Source: an uncultured Anaerolineaceae bacterium (GTDB lineage Bacteria; Planctomycetota; Phycisphaerae; FEN-1346; JAACEH01). From it: a stretch of DNA of 64,000 bases. The position numbers and the translations under genes were made by a program. Below are positions 59,003-64,000 of this stretch, in pieces. The stretch is from positions 15,978 through 79,977 of the forward strand of contig CAZCOA010000001.1 of the NCBI GenBank assembly GCA_964500225.1. The letters are read 5' to 3'. The notes beneath the pieces were generated by a model. It made no database searches. It was not told where the DNA came from and worked only from the letters and a program-made list of their open reading frames with translations. Positions within the stretch are counted from its first letter, which is position 1. Each line of letters starts with the position of its first letter.

Positions 59003-59533
59003 TCAGCGCCGGTAGAGCGACCGACCGTGCGAGTCGATGGCCACCAGGGCGGGAAAGTCCACCACGGTGAGTTCGCGCAACGCCTCGGGACCCAGGTCCT
59101 CGTAGGCCAGCACGCGCTGGGCCGTGATGCACTTGGCCAGCAGCGCGCCGGCGCCGCCCGTGGCTGCCAAATAGACTGCCCCGCACCGCTTCATCGCCTC
59201 GACGACCTCGGCCGAGCGGTCGCCCTTGCCGATCATCGCGGCCAGGCCCTGCTCGATCAGCATCGGCGCGTAACGATCCATGCGTCCGGCCGTAGTCGGC
59301 CCCGCCGCGCCGAACACTTGCCCCGGCCCGCCGGGCGTCGGCCCCACATAGTAAAGAATTGCTCCCCGCAACACAAACGGCAGCGACTCGCCTGCTTCCA
59401 GCGCCTTGACCATCCGCGCGTGCGCCGCGTCGCGCGCCGCATACACCGTGCCCGTGATCCGGACCTCGTCGCCGGCCACGAGCCCACGCACCACGTCCAT
59501 GCTCAACGGTGGATGAAGACTCACTGTGCCCAT
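59003..59533 (-). CDS. Class I fumarate hydratase / Fe-S hydro-lyase beta subunit
   Basis: Start MGTVSL. Fumerase_C-type domain (RITGTVYAARDAAH...GAVYLAATGGAGALL). Confidence 0.8.
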   Translation of the reverse strand: MGTVSLHPPLSMDVVRGLVAGDEVRITGTVYAARDAAHARMVKALEAGESLPFVLRGAILYYVGPTPGGPGQVFGAAGPTTAGRMDRYAPMLIEQGLAAMIGKGDRSAEVVEAMKRCGAVYLAATGGAGALLAKCITAQRVLAYEDLGPEALRELTVVDFPALVAIDSHGRSLYRR

Positions 59534-59761
59534 GGCGTCGTAGGGTAGCAGATACGGCCCCGGGTGGCAAGACGACACACGCAGACGAGTCACTCAGCCT
59601 CATGAAGTGCCGCGCGGGCCCGAGCCCCCACACGCTGTGCTTGCTGCTTACATGGGGTGCCGCCCTTCGGCGGCCTCACCGAAAGGCCGCGACATCGTCT
59701 TGCCGCGCCGGGCTCGGCGGGTACAATGGCGGACTGTCGCGAATCGAGGCGGAGACGAAGC

Positions 59762-60604
59762 ATGCGAACCGTATCTGTCCGCGCTGTGGCCGATGCCCTG
59801 TACGATTGCATCGGCCGGGCGAGTGTCAATCTGGGCGAACGCGAAACGGCGGCGCTCGAGACGGCCCGCCGCACGGAAACCAGCCCCACCGGCCGGGCCG
59901 TGCTGGATCAGTTGCTTGAAAATGCACGCATCGCCCGCCAGGAGCGGCGACCGCTGTGCCAGGACACGGGCCTGGCGGTCGTCTTTCTCGATATCGGCCA
60001 ACAGGTGATTCTCGACGGCGGCGACCTCGTCGAGGCGATCAACGACGCCGTGGCCCGGGCCTGCCGCGACTTTCACCTCAGGACGAGCGTGGTCGGCCAT
60101 CCGATCGACCGCCGCAACACCGGCGACAACACCCCGGCCGTGGTCCATATCCGCCTGGTGCCGGGCGACCGCGTCCGCCTGCGGTTTGCGGCCAAGGGCG
60201 GCGGGTGCGAGAACATGTCGCGTCTGGCGATGCTCACGCCGTCGGCGGGCCGCGCGGGCGTCGTCGAGTTCGTGGTCCGGACCGTGCGTGAGGCCCTGGC
60301 GAACCCGTGCCCGCCGGTGGTGGTCGGCGTGGGCCTGGGCGGCAACTTTGAGATGGCGGCCCTGGCGGCGAAGGAAGCGCTGCTGCGCCCGCTCGGGGAT
60401 GCGGCCGCCGACCCGCGCGACGCGGACCTCGAACGGGAACTCCTTGCGGCGATCAACGCCACCGGCGTCGGCCCCATGGGCCTGGGCGGCGCGAACACCG
60501 CTCTGGCCGTGCACGTCGCCTCGCTACCCTGCCACATCGCCGCCCTGCCCGTAGCCGTGAACCTCGATTGCCACAGCCACCGCCACGCCGAGGCGGTCCT
60601 CTGA
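59762..60604 (+). CDS. Class I fumarate hydratase / Fe-S hydro-lyase alpha subunit
   Basis: Start MRTVSVRAV. Conserved CQDTG Fe-S ligand region. Confidence 0.8.
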   Translation: MRTVSVRAVADALYDCIGRASVNLGERETAALETARRTETSPTGRAVLDQLLENARIARQERRPLCQDTGLAVVFLDIGQQVILDGGDLVEAINDAVARACRDFHLRTSVVGHPIDRRNTGDNTPAVVHIRLVPGDRVRLRFAAKGGGCENMSRLAMLTPSAGRAGVVEFVVRTVREALANPCPPVVVGVGLGGNFEMAALAAKEALLRPLGDAAADPRDADLERELLAAINATGVGPMGLGGANTALAVHVASLPCHIAALPVAVNLDCHSHRHAEAVL

Positions 60605-60656
60605 CAAGCGCCCCCTGCCGCCGCGCCGTTTTGTCCTCCGGCGCATCGCCCGCACC

Positions 60657-61772
60657 TCAGTCCCGCACGGTGCAGACGTAGAGGTTCGGGTTCATCGCCA
60701 CTTCGCCGGCCTTGATCTGCGTGCCGCCGGTTTCGCCGCAATAGAGTCGCCCGTCGGGGCCGCAGACCATCGTGTGAATCCGTTCCCCCGCGACGCCCTG
60801 CTCGGCCGACACAATCGGGCCGATTTCCTCGATCCGTTCGGTGCGCGGATCGTAGCGGAAGATGAACGCACTGCGGGTCTGGTAGGCCCGCCCGCCGCCG
60901 GCCGCGCCGTACAGGCACCCGTCGCCGCGCCAGGCCAGCGCCGGCAGCCGCGGACCGCCACCCGGGCACCCCAGCACGTCCAGCGTCAGCGTCGCCGGAT
61001 CGATGCGCAGCAGGTCGCCGCGCTCCCACGTGCCGGCGTACAGTTTGTGGTCCGGGCCGCGAACAAACGAGTCGATCCGCTCGGCCCCTTCCGGCAGCCG
61101 CATCGCCGTCGCCTCCAGCACGTCGCGCCGCGGGTCGTACATCCAGATGTGCCGGTGCAACCCGCTGCCGAACACGCGGCCGTCGTCGTCCGTGCAGCAC
61201 TGGTGGCACGGGCCGCTGTCGCCCCAGGTCTTCGCGGGCGGCTGGCCCACGACGCGCATCGACCCTCGCTTCAGGTCCACCCGCACCACATGGTTCAGCG
61301 GGTACGTCATCGCGTACAGGTTCTCGCCCGCCGGGTCCATGGTCAGGTTAAACAGCCACTCGTGCGGGCACGGCACGCCGAGGTCCTCGGAGGCGTCGCG
61401 CTTCGGGTCGTAAATGAATACGTGGCCGCCCTCGTCGCGGTCGGTGTAGAGCCCGGCGATGCTGTAGTTCTGCCCGGTCGCCCCGGCGATGCGTCCGTCG
61501 GGCAACGTCTCCAGTGCGTGGTGAATCTTCCCGGGGATCGGGTTGCCGCTAAAGCTGATGATGGGCGGCGCGCTGACCACGCGGTCGCCCAGGTCCACGA
61601 ACCGGCCGCCGCGGCCGCCGGGACCCGTGCCCAGCTCGTACCGGAAAAACAGGTGTCCGTGCGCGCCGGTCATCCCGCCGTACAGCCGATCCGGGCCGCC
61701 CACCGTCAGACTCACCACCTCCAGCGCTCCGACGATCGGCGACCGATCCACGTAGACATCCAGCCTGCTCAT
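60657..61772 (-). CDS. Beta-propeller repeat protein (hypothetical)
   Basis: Repeated Y..D.....G.LY blade-like motifs. No signal peptide. Confidence 0.55.
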   Translation of the reverse strand: MSRLDVYVDRSPIVGALEVVSLTVGGPDRLYGGMTGAHGHLFFRYELGTGPGGRGGRFVDLGDRVVSAPPIISFSGNPIPGKIHHALETLPDGRIAGATGQNYSIAGLYTDRDEGGHVFIYDPKRDASEDLGVPCPHEWLFNLTMDPAGENLYAMTYPLNHVVRVDLKRGSMRVVGQPPAKTWGDSGPCHQCCTDDDGRVFGSGLHRHIWMYDPRRDVLEATAMRLPEGAERIDSFVRGPDHKLYAGTWERGDLLRIDPATLTLDVLGCPGGGPRLPALAWRGDGCLYGAAGGGRAYQTRSAFIFRYDPRTERIEEIGPIVSAEQGVAGERIHTMVCGPDGRLYCGETGGTQIKAGEVAMNPNLYVCTVRD

Positions 61773-62128
61773 TCGAAACCTTCCCTTCTGCTCGTGCGCG
61801 ACCTGCTCCGCCGCCCTCGACGGCCGCTGCGGATCCCATTACGATACGCCGCGCGCCGCCCGACGCAACTGCTTTCCACCCACACAACGCACGATCCGCT
61901 TGCACAATCCTATGACCCGTGGCAGCGCGACATCAAACACCTCGAATCACTCTATAGAAATGTCCCCTTCAGGATGAACCTGCGGCAGGGGTAGTCGGCT
62001 GGTGGCTTGCAGGGCTGATGCAGGGAGCCATCTATGAACAAGCCGTAGTCAAGCCGATGATGGCACGAGTTCGGGGTTTTTCCAACCATCTGTTCGGCGT
62101 CATGCCGCCGGCAGCGCCACGCATCGGT

Positions 62129-63580
62129 TTACGTCGGTCGGCCCAAGTCGCCGCGGCGCATCGCAAAGGCGCGGCGGATGAGCTCCACGCGCGGACTCTC
62201 GTCGGGCACGTGGGCGAAGTGTATCTGGTCGCGGCTCTCCAGGCCGCGGGCCAGGCCCACCCACGCCCGGTTCATCCCGTGCACGAACGTCGCCGTGCTC
62301 AGCGACCGCGTCCGCCACAACGTCCGCAGCGTCCGTCGCCAGACCCAGTTCTCCCGCGCCGCCGCGCGGCGAAGCTCGTAGATCGTCTCGTCCAGTCGCT
62401 GCGCCGTCATCCGCGTCGGCCGGTACACGGTCTCGATGAACGTGTACCGCTCCCAATCCTTCGGGTAATTCGTCGCGATGATGCGTCCCTGCTCCAGGAA
62501 ACGGTCGTAGAGCTTCGTGCCCGGCAACGGCGTGAGGTTGGTGATCTGGATGATGTCGATGCCCAACTCGACCGCCTTCAGGGCCGTATCGGCCACGGTG
62601 CTCTCGTCGTCCTCGTCGGCCCCGATCACGAAGCAGCCCAGCACGGCGATCCCCGCCTTGTGGAAGCCCGCCACCAGATCGCGGTACCGGTCCACGAGCT
62701 TCAGGTTCAGCCCCTTGTGCATGTTCTTCAGAGTCTCAGGGTTGAACGATTCGAGGCCCACAAGCATGCACCGGCACCCCGCCTCGTAGGCCAGGCGGAG
62801 CCCCTCGGCGTCGGCGCCCATGTTGATGCTCGTCTGGCTGAACCAGAGGCGCCGCTTGCCGCGTTTCTTCACTTCGCGCAGGAACTCCTTGGCCCACTCG
62901 GCGTGCTTGGGGCCCACGCCGTAGAAGTTGTCGTCCACGACGAACAGAAACCGGCTCGTCGTGCGGTTCCATTCGTCGATCACCGCGTCGATGGGCCGGC
63001 GGCGGATCGTGTTGCCGTTGAAGCGCGTGACGCTGCAATAGTCGCACCCGACGGGGCATCCGCGCGAGGTCTGGATGCAACTGCACGTGTAGCGGCCGTT
63101 GACGGGCTGAAGCTGCTGAGCGGCGGCGCCCATCGCGCCGGTCAGGTCGGCCAGACGCCCCTCGTACCGCTTCTGCAATCGTCCCGCCGCGGCGTCGGCG
63201 ACGATCTGCGGCCAGATTTCGTCGCACTCGCCCACGGCCACCGAATCGAAATGCGCCGCCGCCTCGTCCGGCACGGCCGACGCGTGAGGCCCGCCCATGA
63301 TGCACGGCAATCCCCGCTTGCGGCACAGGGCCGCCAACTCATACGCCCGCGTCGCGCCGCTGGTGTAGCCGGTCATGCCCACCAAGTCGTACCGGTCCCG
63401 CGTCAGCAACCGCTCCGTCGCGTCCAGCCCGAAAATCTCGTCGATGATCTCCACCGTGTGAGGCTGCGGGACCAGCCGCGCCAGCACCTGGAGTCCCAAC
63501 TGCGGAATCCGCGTACCGATCGTGTGGTACCCCTCGCAGTCGCGGGCCACGGGGTTCACCAGGACAATTCGCATGGACAC
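62129..63580 (-). CDS. B12-binding-domain radical SAM protein (class B)
   Basis: N-terminal B12-binding Rossmann fold (MRIVLVNP) plus radical SAM CxxxCxxC (RGCPVGCDYC). Confidence 0.85.
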   Translation of the reverse strand: MSMRIVLVNPVARDCEGYHTIGTRIPQLGLQVLARLVPQPHTVEIIDEIFGLDATERLLTRDRYDLVGMTGYTSGATRAYELAALCRKRGLPCIMGGPHASAVPDEAAAHFDSVAVGECDEIWPQIVADAAAGRLQKRYEGRLADLTGAMGAAAQQLQPVNGRYTCSCIQTSRGCPVGCDYCSVTRFNGNTIRRRPIDAVIDEWNRTTSRFLFVVDDNFYGVGPKHAEWAKEFLREVKKRGKRRLWFSQTSINMGADAEGLRLAYEAGCRCMLVGLESFNPETLKNMHKGLNLKLVDRYRDLVAGFHKAGIAVLGCFVIGADEDDESTVADTALKAVELGIDIIQITNLTPLPGTKLYDRFLEQGRIIATNYPKDWERYTFIETVYRPTRMTAQRLDETIYELRRAAARENWVWRRTLRTLWRTRSLSTATFVHGMNRAWVGLARGLESRDQIHFAHVPDESPRVELIRRAFAMRRGDLGRPT

Positions 63581-64000
63581 TGCACGCCTTTCCGACTACG
63601 GCCGCCCGCGCCCGGCGACCGAACGTCGCCCGCCGCACGACAAGCAAAAGCTCATTATAGCCGCCTTCCGTTCCACGCCTTCATGAAAACCCACGAACCG
63701 GGGCACACCGTCCTGCCGTGGAGGAAGGCTGCCGCGCGACACTACCCCCATGGAGCAAGGGCCGGCGACCCCTCGGTACGCCGGCCCGACTCCACATCAC
63801 GGGAAGCAGGACAACAGGAGGACAGTACTGCAAACGTGGCGGCCGTGTGCGGCGAAGGGCGACACCACTGACTCGCCCCCTTCCGCACGAGACGGCATCG
63901 GCAAGACCCATTACGGCGGCGGCATGTGTTGCACTCTCCAAAAGAACACCATCGCTCATGCCGGAAGGCCGGCACGCGGCTGGCGGCCAAGGCTCGCGCG

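Overview
This is a high-GC stretch of bacterial chromosome; the gene content suggests Planctomycetota (two PEP-CTERM proteins, a DUF1559 prepilin-like protein with an H-X9-DG domain, several ECF sigma/anti-sigma pairs, long low-complexity tails). I call about 45 protein-coding genes, including:
- **Housekeeping:** gyrA, nadE, a purF-purM-asnB-MFS operon, ugd/rfbD, split class-I fumarase subunits.
- **Regulators:** two ECF sigma factors, an HD-GYP protein.
- **Transport and membrane:** MscS, an ABC-2 exporter cluster with a GldG-like auxiliary protein, a DUF4392 protein and an orphan substrate-binding protein (SBP), a BatA/VWA + DUF58 pair, an orphan ParA.
- **Secreted:** tandem paralogous esterase-like proteins upstream of a heparinase II/III-like enzyme.

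Four things stand out:
1. In the 1.1-kb gap between the anti-sigma gene and the PEP-CTERM genes I read a cobalamin riboswitch at 53442..53719 (+). It has a near-consensus promoter, a B12 box (GAGCCAGAAUACCUGCC), a GCCACUG motif and an intrinsic terminator. It sits upstream of a secreted PQQ-type beta-propeller PEP-CTERM protein, a second PEP-CTERM protein and a DUF1559 prepilin-like protein. My inference is a B12-regulated cell-surface capture module, conceptually like BtuG.
2. A 40-aa lysine-rich, histone-H1/Hc1-like peptide is encoded in its own transcription unit (strong RBS, own terminator), directly upstream of a leaderless orphan parA.
3. A Cys/His-rich zinc-ribbon protein is translationally coupled to DUF58.
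4. An ECF sigma factor is followed by a DUF4910 aminopeptidase-like protein where an anti-sigma factor would normally be.

I found no rRNA, tRNA, CRISPR array or obvious mobile element. The many long Arg/Pro-rich ORFs in the track are antisense artefacts of the high GC content.
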